DNA from: an uncultured Desulfuromonadales bacterium
GTDB taxonomy: Bacteria > Desulfobacterota > Desulfuromonadia > Geobacterales > CAIOGM01
NCBI GenBank assembly: GCA_903929485.1
Contig: CAIYUY010000021.1
Coordinates: 830-64,829, forward strand
Length of the DNA stretch: 64,000 nt
Reading direction: 5' to 3'
Shown one piece after another: positions 47,683-56,600 of the stretch (position 1 is the first letter of the stretch; each line of letters starts with the position of its first letter). The translations under genes were made by a program, and so were the position numbers. The notes beneath the pieces are model-generated. The model ran no database searches and was not told the origin of the DNA. It worked only from the letters and a program-made list of their open reading frames with translations.

Positions 47683-49539
47683 ATGGGTTACGAAGTCAAG
47701 AACGATCAACTGAAGAAATGGGTGGCGGAAGTCGCGGCGCTGTGCGAGCCGAACAACATTCACTGGTGCGACGGTTCCCAGGAAGAGTACGACAGCCTCT
47801 GCGACCTGATGGTCCAGGGGGGAACATTCCAGAAGCTTAGTCAGGAAAAACGTCCCAACAGCTACCTGGCCTGGTCCGATCCCGGCGACGTGGCAAGGGT
47901 CGAAGACCGGACCTTCATCTGCAGTATCGCCAAGGATGACGCCGGCCCCACCAATAACTGGATGAATCCCAAGGAGATGAAAGAGATTCTCACCGGGATG
48001 TTCCAAGGGTGCATGAAGGGGCGCACCATGTACGTCATCCCCTTCAGCATGGGCCCCCTGGGCTCCCCCATCGCCAAGATCGGGGTAGAGATTTCCGATT
48101 CCCCCTATGTTGTCGTGAACATGAAGATCATGACCCGCATGGGCAAGGCGGTCATCGACATCCTGGGCGACGGCGAGTTCGTCCCCTGCCTTCATTCCGT
48201 GGGTGCTCCGCTTCTCCCCGGCCAGAAAGATGTCGCTTGGCCCTGCAACAAGGAAAAGTACATCGTCCACTTCCCCGAGGAGCGCTCCATCTGGTCCTAC
48301 GGCAGCGGTTACGGCGGGAACGCCCTCCTGGGCAAAAAATGTCTGGCTCTGCGCATCGCCTCCAAGATCGCCAAGGACGAGGGGTGGCTGGCCGAGCATA
48401 TGCTGATCCTGGGAATCGAATCTCCGGAAGGAGAAAAGACCTACGTGGGAGCAGCCTTCCCCAGCGCCTGCGGCAAGACCAACTTGGCCATGCTGGTGCC
48501 GCCCGAATCATTTGACAAGAAGGGTTGGAAGATCTACACGGTAGGGGACGACATCGCCTGGATCAAACCGGGGCCCGATGGCCAACTTTACGCCATTAAT
48601 CCGGAATACGGCTTTTTCGGCGTGGCGCCGGGAACCTCGGACAAGACCAACCCCAACGCCATGGCCTCCTGCACTGAGAACTCCATCTTCACCAACGTGG
48701 CGCTGACCCCTGACGGCGACGTCTGGTGGGAAGGGATGACCGACGACAAACCGGCTAACCTCACCGACTGGCAGGGAAAAGCCTGGACCCCGGAGTGCGG
48801 CAGGAACGCCGCCCATCCCAACTCCCGCTTCACTTCACCGGCGTCACAGTGCCCTACCATCGATCCTGAGTGGGAAAATCCCAAAGGTGTTCCCATGAGC
48901 GCCTTCATCTTTGGCGGCCGGCGCAACAAGGTCATCCCTCTCGTCTACCAGGCCTTCAACTGGAACTTCGGGGTGTATCTTGCAGCCACCATGGGCTCCG
49001 AGACCACCGCCGCCGCCGTGGGCGCCGTTGGCAACGTCCGTCGTGACCCCTTCGCCATGCTTCCCTTTACCGGGTATCATGTGGGAGATTACTTCTCTCA
49101 TTGGCTCCAAGTGGGACGCAACACCCCCAAACCTCCTCGCATCTTCAGCGTCAACTGGTTCCGCAAGGACGAAAACGGCAAGTTCATGTGGCCCGGTTAC
49201 GGCGAGAACATGCGGATACTCAAATGGATCGTGGATCGGGTCAACGGCCATGCCGCCGCCATCGAATCCCCCCTGGGGTGGATGCCCCGCTACGAGGATC
49301 TTGATTGGGAAGGGCTGGAAAGCATCACGCCGGAGAAATTCTCCGACCTGACCTCGGTGGATCGTGATCTCTGGATGGACGAGGTCGTCTCCCACGAGGA
49401 GCTCTTCATCAAGCTCTACGACCGGCTCCCCAAGGAGTTCCTCCATATGCGGCAGCTTATCATCTCCAGCCTCTGGCGTTCGCCGGAGCATTGGGAGCAG
49501 TTTCACCGCACCGCCGAAGGGTTCGGCTTCAACGACTGA
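47683..49539 (+). CDS. pckG: Phosphoenolpyruvate carboxykinase (GTP)
   Basis: 618 aa. Contains GTP-PEPCK signatures ([23 protein letters not shown], and the NSRFT-containing NSRFTSPA). Confidence 0.95.
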   Translation: MGYEVKNDQLKKWVAEVAALCEPNNIHWCDGSQEEYDSLCDLMVQGGTFQKLSQEKRPNSYLAWSDPGDVARVEDRTFICSIAKDDAGPTNNWMNPKEMKEILTGMFQGCMKGRTMYVIPFSMGPLGSPIAKIGVEISDSPYVVVNMKIMTRMGKAVIDILGDGEFVPCLHSVGAPLLPGQKDVAWPCNKEKYIVHFPEERSIWSYGSGYGGNALLGKKCLALRIASKIAKDEGWLAEHMLILGIESPEGEKTYVGAAFPSACGKTNLAMLVPPESFDKKGWKIYTVGDDIAWIKPGPDGQLYAINPEYGFFGVAPGTSDKTNPNAMASCTENSIFTNVALTPDGDVWWEGMTDDKPANLTDWQGKAWTPECGRNAAHPNSRFTSPASQCPTIDPEWENPKGVPMSAFIFGGRRNKVIPLVYQAFNWNFGVYLAATMGSETTAAAVGAVGNVRRDPFAMLPFTGYHVGDYFSHWLQVGRNTPKPPRIFSVNWFRKDENGKFMWPGYGENMRILKWIVDRVNGHAAAIESPLGWMPRYEDLDWEGLESITPEKFSDLTSVDRDLWMDEVVSHEELFIKLYDRLPKEFLHMRQLIISSLWRSPEHWEQFHRTAEGFGFND

Positions 49540-49566
49540 TCATCCCTGATGTGACGCAATAAAACA

Positions 49567-49604
49567 GGCGGCGTCTCCCTAAGGGAGGCGCCGCCCGTTT
49601 TTTG
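49567..49604 (+). terminator. Intrinsic terminator after pckG
   Basis: GGCGGCGTCTCCC-taa-GGGAGGCGCCGCC followed by CGTTTTTT. Confidence 0.75.
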
Positions 49605-49649
49605 TCCTACTCTGCGTCATCTGCGAAATACCGCTTTTATTCTTTCCAG

Positions 49650-49979
49650 CTAATCATCAAACTTGCCCCAAATATCCCGGAAATAGCAGTGATGAACCAT
49701 GTTCTGGACATTTACTTCTCCCAGGATTTCATCACCTTCCATCTGGGTAAAACCCACCCTGGGGCGGACTCCCATCCAGTAGACGGCCGTACCCACGGGA
49801 TCATCGATGGGACGGGGAAGCGGAGGTCCGGCCTTGAATTTTCCCCCCACAAAAAGCCCCGCCTCGTAATGATGAGGATATTTCAGGAGATATACCTCCA
49901 CCAGCATCTTTGATTTCAGCATCTTCTCAAGAATAAGGCTTACCACCTTGGCCTTCTTGGGCACGTTTATCAGGTCCAT
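49650..49979 (-). CDS. Hypothetical protein downstream of cbpA
   Basis: A 109-aa ORF with an 18-nt gap after the cbpA stop. It is not the MerR-like CbpM usually paired with CbpA. Confidence 0.45.
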   Translation of the reverse strand: MDLINVPKKAKVVSLILEKMLKSKMLVEVYLLKYPHHYEAGLFVGGKFKAGPPLPRPIDDPVGTAVYWMGVRPRVGFTQMEGDEILGEVNVQNMVHHCYFRDIWGKFDD

Positions 49980-49997
49980 ATACCCTCCGAATATTCA

Positions 49998-50891
49998 TTA
50001 CAATCCAGCCTCTGCAAGCTTTTCCAATAGTTTTTTTTGTTCCCTGGTCACCAGTTCAGGAACCTTAACCTCGATCCTGACGTAAAGATCCCCCTTGCCG
50101 GAACCGGCCCGGTGAGGGAGTCCGCACCCCTTCAACCGGATCTTGGTGCCGGACTGCACCCCCGCGGGAACCTTGATCCGCTTGGGGGTGTCCAAGGTCG
50201 GCACATCCAGGGAGGTTCCCAGGGAAGCCTCGGAAAAGCGAATCTGCCGCTCCACTATCAGATCATTCCCTTCCCGGGTGAACTCCGGATCCCTCCCGAC
50301 CTTGATGGTCAGAAAAAGGTCCCCGTTGGGGCCGCCGCCGGCTCCCGGACTCCCCTTCCCTTGCAACCGGAGTTGGGCGCCATCCTCCGTACCCACAGGG
50401 ATTTTTATGGATAACTCTTCCCGTTGCCCCCCATGCTGGAAACCGACCCGTTTCTCCCCCCCCAGGCAGGCTTCACGAAACGTGACATGCACCTCCATGG
50501 CCAGGTCTTCTCCCTTGCGGGCCCCCTGCCGGAAGCCACTGAAACCGCTCCGCCCCCCCTTGCCGCCGAAGATCCGAGAAAAGACATCATTGCCGCCGAA
50601 TCCCATATCGCGGAACATATCGTTTACATCGGCCCCCCGGAAGATGTCCTCCTGGGAGAACTTCCGATGAAATCCGTCGCAGCCGAACTGGTCGTACTGT
50701 TTCCGTTTTTCCGGATCGCAGAGGACTGCGTACGCCTCGCTGATCTCCTTGAATCGCTCCTCGGACTGCTTGTCACCCGGATTTTTGTCCGGGTGATACT
50801 TTACCGCCAGCTTGCGATAAACTTTCTTGATCTCTTCCGGCGTGGCGTCTTTCTTGACCCCCAGCAGTTCGTAATAATCCCGGTTTGCCAT
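49998..50891 (-). CDS. cbpA: DnaJ-class co-chaperone lacking the zinc finger (CbpA-like)
   Basis: The J domain DYYELLGV...HPDKN, then a G/F region and C-terminal substrate-binding domains. No CXXCXGXG repeats. Confidence 0.85.
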   Translation of the reverse strand: MANRDYYELLGVKKDATPEEIKKVYRKLAVKYHPDKNPGDKQSEERFKEISEAYAVLCDPEKRKQYDQFGCDGFHRKFSQEDIFRGADVNDMFRDMGFGGNDVFSRIFGGKGGRSGFSGFRQGARKGEDLAMEVHVTFREACLGGEKRVGFQHGGQREELSIKIPVGTEDGAQLRLQGKGSPGAGGGPNGDLFLTIKVGRDPEFTREGNDLIVERQIRFSEASLGTSLDVPTLDTPKRIKVPAGVQSGTKIRLKGCGLPHRAGSGKGDLYVRIEVKVPELVTREQKKLLEKLAEAGL

Positions 50892-50977
50892 TCTCCATCC
50901 TCTCACTCGCCTATTTTGCCCATAATGTAACCACTCCGAGCCGCTCTGTCAACCATTGCGGGAGAACGGAGCTTAAA

Positions 50978-52351
50978 TCAAGCGCCGATTCTACGTTCAT
51001 CACGGGAACTTTCGCCGCCGCCAGGCACGGTAGAATCGGCGTTGTTCTCCAGCCCAAGCAGATAGTTATAGGCCGACGTCAAACGAATGGTTTTGCCGTT
51101 AACCACCAGTTCACCGTCTTCCTCGTACGTAACGATTTCGCCATATTCCAGTCCGGTTTCATCCATGGCCTTCAACAATGACCGCGTCTCACGGTTACGT
51201 GTTTTGTCATCACTCAGATCCTGCGCCACTTGCACCAGGTGCGTAATCCTTCCTCCCGTGCAGCACGCGAAATCAACTTCAAGACCGTTACTCGTCTTGT
51301 AATAAAACAGTTGGTGGCCGCGTCGTTTCAACTCCAGAAAAATCTGATTCTCCAGCAAATGTCCGCGATTTTCACTGAACCCGAACCTGACGGCGCCCGT
51401 TATTCCGGTATCGACGGTATAAATTTTTTTAGGACTCTTGATCTGCTCTTTCGCCGAAAAAGCATGAAGGTCCAGCGTGAACAGAAGATAGGCGTCACTG
51501 AAATAGCCGAGATATTCCTTCACCGTCTTATCGTTAAGCCCGACCAGGTCGGCAAGTTTATTGAAGCTGTAAAGAGATGAGATATTCGAGGCCAGATAGA
51601 AAAAAAGGTTCTCCAGTTCAACGGCTTTCTTTATGGAAAAGCGGGGAGCGATATCCTGATAGAGGATGTTTCGGGCGTACATTACCAGGATATCTTTCTT
51701 GATGGCGGGGATATCCAGGTTGCAGATCTCGGGAAAACCGCCGAAACGAAGATAGTCGTCAAGCAGTCCTCGCAAGCGGTTGCGCTCCCTGGTCACGGCA
51801 ACGGCATCGGGTAGGTCGACTCCCCTGGCCAGGGCGAATTCAGGGAAAGAAAACGGATAAACTTCCACCGGCAGCGCCCGCCCGGAAAGAAGGGTAATGA
51901 ATTCGGAGGAAAGCAGGTGTGAATTCGAACCGGTAACGATGAACTTGATCTGCTGCTGCTCGTACTTCGCCTTGACGAACAGTTGCCATTCAGGGAAGAA
52001 GTGAACTTCGTCCAGGAAACAGTATATGACTCCTTTCGGCGCAGCCAGCTTGAGATAATCCTCGTAGGCCCGATCAAGGTAAAGGACATCGTTACGATAG
52101 CGACTGAACTGGGGGTTTTCGAGATTCATGAAAAGAATATTTCGGGGAGGAATCCCTTTATCACGTATCAGATGATTAATCGTCTGCCGCGCCAGAGTGC
52201 TCTTCCCGGCGCGTCTCACGCCGACCAGGGCGATAATGTGCGGCAGATCGAGATAATCCTTCACCTTGCCAAGGAGTTCGCGGGGAGTTCCTTCCTGGTA
52301 CGACACCCCTTCCCAGTGAGGATTTTGATCAACAATCACATTTTCAAACAT
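50978..52351 (-). CDS. AAA+ ATPase with DUF4143-type C-terminal domain
   Basis: Walker A GVRRAGKST, Walker B FLDEV, and a C-terminal restriction-endonuclease-like segment (LENQIFLELKRRG...EVDF). Confidence 0.75.
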   Translation of the reverse strand: MFENVIVDQNPHWEGVSYQEGTPRELLGKVKDYLDLPHIIALVGVRRAGKSTLARQTINHLIRDKGIPPRNILFMNLENPQFSRYRNDVLYLDRAYEDYLKLAAPKGVIYCFLDEVHFFPEWQLFVKAKYEQQQIKFIVTGSNSHLLSSEFITLLSGRALPVEVYPFSFPEFALARGVDLPDAVAVTRERNRLRGLLDDYLRFGGFPEICNLDIPAIKKDILVMYARNILYQDIAPRFSIKKAVELENLFFYLASNISSLYSFNKLADLVGLNDKTVKEYLGYFSDAYLLFTLDLHAFSAKEQIKSPKKIYTVDTGITGAVRFGFSENRGHLLENQIFLELKRRGHQLFYYKTSNGLEVDFACCTGGRITHLVQVAQDLSDDKTRNRETRSLLKAMDETGLEYGEIVTYEEDGELVVNGKTIRLTSAYNYLLGLENNADSTVPGGGESSRDERRIGA

Positions 52352-52415
52352 GCGTACTCCGAACTATTTGATTATTATTCGGAGTATAGCGTGAACCACG
52401 GAAATTTCAATCAGA

Positions 52416-52522
52416 TTCGATTCCCCTTGCCGTGTCAAGAAACTCATCCCCGTTCATCCCGCCCCCCAGCCGGTTACGTGACGACAAAACGACAAGAGCT
52501 CCAAGGTTTAAAAAACCCCGGA
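52416..52522. repeat. ~110-nt module shared with 61097-61207 (upstream of both ATPase genes)
   Basis: The first 49 nt differ at 2 positions (ttcgattccccttgccgtgtcaagaaa...ccccgttcatcccgcc). A second conserved block is cgacaagagctccaaggttt.aaaacccc. Confidence 0.8.
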
Positions 52523-52560
52523 GCTCTTTGACTTTTCACCCTTCGACTTCCCCTCGACTC

Positions 52561-52640
52561 CCTTCGACCACGCTCAAAGCGCCGCCATCCACGTTTTACA
52601 ACGTTTTCAATTATCAATTGTCAACTGTCAATTCTCAATT
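52561..52640. repeat. REP-like motif ccttcgaccacgctcaaagcgccgcc plus caattatcaattgtcaactgtcaattctcaattg
   Basis: Same motif pair as at 2931-3060. It overlaps the stop and last codons of the PEP-CTERM gene. Confidence 0.6.
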
Positions 52641-53268
52641 GCCGTCTCGCGAATCCCACGGCTCCCAAGGAGAGGCAGAGGAGGAGATAGGTGGTGGGTT
52701 CGGGAACAACATTGGCTTGGGTGAGCTGCATGGTCACACCCGTTCCTTCGTTGGTGGCGATGGTGTAGGAGCCAATACCGCTGGGCGCGGAGCTCCCAAC
52801 ATTGGCCCAGAACTGGAAGTCCCCGGTAAACACCAGAGCAGCGGGATCATACACGCCCCAAGAGCCATTAGCCGTTGCCTGACCAATGAGACTTTGATCG
52901 TGGGACAAGTCCACCGTATTCAGCAGGGAGAGATCCAGAACCATCCCGTAGAAGTCACTACGGCCGTACTGCCCGACAAGGATACTGTTGCTGTAGACAT
53001 CCACGTTCAGCGTCTGCACCAGCTCGTCACTGCTGAAAATGACACCGTCACCAGCCATGCTTCTGTCCGGATTCCAGACGTAGCGCAACGGACTGTTCAA
53101 GGAAAGCATCCCCACGCCGTCGCTGTTCAGGGCCATACTCACCCTGGCGTAATCCCCCGGAGCCACCCCGCTGAAAGTAAAATCGAAGACCACCGAAGCC
53201 TCGCCGGGAGTCGCCGTAACCGCCATAACCATGAGCGCCAACAAACATCCGATAACCAACCTTTTCAT
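52621..53268 (-). CDS. PEP-CTERM sorting-signal protein
   Basis: Signal peptide MKRLVIGCLLALMVMAVTA. The C-terminus is VPEPTTYLLLCLSLGAVGFARRQLRIDS. Confidence 0.8.
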   Translation of the reverse strand: MKRLVIGCLLALMVMAVTATPGEASVVFDFTFSGVAPGDYARVSMALNSDGVGMLSLNSPLRYVWNPDRSMAGDGVIFSSDELVQTLNVDVYSNSILVGQYGRSDFYGMVLDLSLLNTVDLSHDQSLIGQATANGSWGVYDPAALVFTGDFQFWANVGSSAPSGIGSYTIATNEGTGVTMQLTQANVVPEPTTYLLLCLSLGAVGFARRQLRIDS

Positions 53269-53312
53269 GTAAAAACTCCTTGAAGTAGAATGCCCCTGGG
53301 GCGATTACCGAC

Positions 53313-53443
53313 GCCCTCGCAAATTCCGTCATTGCGAGCGAAGCGAAGCAATCCACTGTTTTGCTAACGTTTCAAAATTACAGGGATTGCTTCGTCGCTT
53401 CGCTCCTCGCAATGACTTTTTGTGAGAGAACTCACGAGGGCAT
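53313..53443. repeat. Nested palindromic REP-like element
   Basis: GTCATTGCGAGCGAAGCGAAGCAATCC (53328-54) pairs with GGATTGCTTCGTCGCTTCGCTCCTCGCAATGAC (53384-416), with an outer GCCCTCG/CGAGGGC pair. It yields the spurious FASLAMT ORF 53048-53356. Confidence 0.8.
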
Positions 53444-53485
53444 TTTTTTTGGTTTAAACCAAAAGCCTGGTTTTGTTTGATCCGC

Positions 53486-53550
53486 CCTTCGACTTCGCTC
53501 AGGGCGCCGCCTTGATCCGTGTCATCCGTGTCATCCGTGTGCTGGTTTTG
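53486..53550. repeat. cccttcgacttcgctcagggcgccgcc motif followed by the 9-mer atccgtgtc x ~4
   Basis: Read directly. The 9-mer array runs from 53516 to 53550. Confidence 0.7.
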
Positions 53551-53611
53551 AATGGCTTTGCGATTGCGCAGTTGAGACAGGAGGAGCTAACCGACTCCCC
53601 CCCAAACCATA

Positions 53612-56600
53612 TTACTGGGTCACGCCGGTGAAGACGTTGGAACCGTTGACGCCATTGGCGGCGCCGTACCTCACCGTGACGGTGAACTTCGTCAGCGACG
53701 GACATTTGGCGAAGTTTACCTGGATGTTTTGCGTGACGACGCCGGGACCGGCGATGGAGCCATAGGTAAGAGGCAACAGGGAATCGGTGGTGACTGTCGG
53801 CTTGCACGCGCCGCTGGTGGAAAGCGTCACCGAGTTCAGCGTCACCCCGTCGGCTGCGGCGTTCCCCGTGTTTTGGATACTGATCGGCCAGCTCCGGATG
53901 CCGCCGATGATCCCGCTTTTGTTTCCACTGACGATACTCGCGCTCAAGTTGGCCGGCGCCAGGAGCAGCATAGCGCCGTTGATTCCCACCGGCCCGTTCA
54001 TGACAACCGAGGTAGTGGCGGCGGCGGGATTGGTAATGAGTCCGGTCCCGCCGGTGAGAGTCCAGGCGGAAAATACGTACCCCGCGGCGGGGGTGGCCAG
54101 GATGGTTGCGTATTCCCCGGCGTTATACCATTGCTGGGGAGGAAAGGCGGCGCCGTGGCCGTCGGTGGTGGTGGTCAGCTGATACTGGGTGGCGAAGGCG
54201 GCCGTGTAGGAGGCGCCGGCGACCGGAGCGGTTACGACATGGGTCACGGCCCCGCCGTCGGACCAGTTGGTAAAGAGGTACCGAACCCCGGTGATCCCCG
54301 GTTGAGTCGGGGGAGCGGTAACGGTGTGGAGCGACCCCGGAACCCAGGCGAAGGCGTGGGGGGCGACGTAGCTGTTCACACCGTCGGAGTCGGTGACGGT
54401 GAAATTAAGACCGGAAGGGTTCGTCTGAATCACCACCGAAACCTGGTTTTTGGGGGTGACGATGAGATTTTGGGTCGTCTGCCCGGCGGCGTTGTAGTAG
54501 CCGGCGACTCCGGCCTGGTTGGCGGAGATGGCGCAGGCGCCGGGGGTTAAACCGGTAACGGTGGAACCGTTCGTCCCGCTGACGCTGCACGTAGTGGGGG
54601 TGAGGCTGCTGAAGAGCACGGGATTGCCGGATCTTCCGCCGGTGGCGGTGACAGTTGCCGTCCCGTCGGTTTCCAGGTTCGGGGCGGCGCCGAAGGTGAT
54701 GGTCTGATTTCCCAGGGCGACGGTGAACGACTGCGCAGCGGCTGGGGCGGCGCTGAAGTTGCTGTTTCCCGGCTGAGCGGCGGTGATCGTGCAGATCCCC
54801 CCTTTGACCCCGGTGGCGGTGGAGTTGTTGACGCCGCTCAGGGTGCAAACATCAGGGGTGGTGGTGGCGTAGGTAACGACAAGCCCCGAACCGGCGGAGG
54901 CGGAAACCGTACCGTTCCCTCCAACTACCAGAGTGGGGGAAGGGCCGAAGGTGATGATCTGGCTCCCCTGACCAATGGAGAAGCCCTGCGTCAGCGTCGC
55001 CGCGTTGTAGTTGGCGCTTGCCGCCTGGTCGGCCGTGATGACGCAATTGGCGACGCCGGCTTTCAGGCCGGTGACAGTGGCGCCGCTGACGGCGCAATCG
55101 GCGGTGGAGACGGCGCCAAAGGTAAAGCTCCCCGATCCGCCGGTGGCGCTGACGATGCCGGAACCGCCCACCGTTACGGGTAGTGAGTTGAAGGCGATGA
55201 TCGGATCGGCCTTGTTCACCAGGACGCTTACGGTGAATGAAACGGCGGAATAATCGATCGTGTTCGTCGGGGTGAAAGTGACATTTTGCGAACTCGTCCC
55301 GGCGTTGGGCGTGGTGAGTGGCGTGGTGAAGGTGAAGGCGCCGGCCGGGACGGATACCCCGCCGATGAGGGAGGAATCGGCCAGGGTCCGGCCGTAGGTG
55401 ATGGCGGAGGCGGTCGGCCAGACGCTTACGCCGGCAGCAGCCCTGGTAATGGTCGTGATCGCCGCCGGGACACTATCGGCTGAAACGTTGTAATTCAGGT
55501 CAGAGGCCCTGGCGGCGGTGACCGAACAGCCGCCGGTCACATGGATGATCGCGCCGACGCCGGTGGCGAAGTCCACCGTGCAGGCGGTTCCGTTAAATGT
55601 GTAGGAATAAAGTCCCGTACCGCTGCCGCCGGTGGCGATGGCGGTGAAGGTATCGCCGACAGCCGCGGTTGCGGGAACTCCGGTCAAGGTCACCGTCGAT
55701 TGAGCGGCCTTGTTCAGGGTGACCGGATAAGAGGCGCCGGTTGTGGAGGCGTTGTAGTTATCGTCGGCATCCCTCGTCGCCGTCAGGTTGCAGCTACCGC
55801 CGACGCTGGTAACCGACAGGGTGGCGCCGGAGACGGCGCAGCCGGTGGAACCGGTAGCTGAGAAACTGTAGCCGCCGGTTCCGTTGCCGCCGCCGGCGGT
55901 GACGGTTCCGGTCGTCCCATAGATGACGGAAACCGGTCCGGTGACCGTTACCGCCGTCGTCTGGGTAGCCTTGGCAATGGTGAAGGCCGTGACGATGGAA
56001 GATGCCGAATTATAGTTGGTGTCGCTCGTCACGGTGGCGGTTGCCGTGTAGGTTCCCGCCGTTGTGGGCTTGGTGGAGCTCGCAGTATAGGTCGTCGCGC
56101 CGGTTCCCAGATAGCTGAACGACAAGGAACCGGTGGAATTACCCTTGGTGGTTTCCGTGGCGCCCGGCCCCTGAGCCGACCCGCTATACGTGTATATCCC
56201 CGGCGTCACCGTCACGACAGGGGTAGCCTTGGCGATGGTGAAGGCCGTGGCGCTGGAGGAGCCGGCGTTGTAGTTGGTGTCGGTCGTCACGGTGGCGGTT
56301 GCGGTATAGGTTCCCGCCGTTGTGGGTTTGGTGGAGCTGGCCGTATAGCTCGTCGCGCCGGTCCCCAGATAGCTGAAGGTCAAGGAGCCGGTGGAGCCCC
56401 CCTTGGTGGTTTCCGTGGCGCCGGGCCCCTGAGCCGAACCACTGTAGGTATACGTCCCCGGCGTAACCGTCACGACAGGGGTCCCCTTGCCGACGATAAA
56501 GGTCTGCGGCGCCTGGGGCGCGGGTAAGTAACTGCTGCTACCGGCCTGATCGGCGTTGATGGTGCAGTTGCCGGGGGCGACAAAGGTCAGGAGGCCGCCA

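Noticed and set aside
47572-49506. Minus-strand ORFs antisense to pckG
   Set aside because: They are shadow ORFs in a GC-rich gene.
53048-53356. 102-aa ORF beginning MDCFASLAMT
   Set aside because: It is a translation of the REP-like palindrome and of PEP-CTERM gene antisense. The FASLAMT-type peptides are a known repeat artefact.
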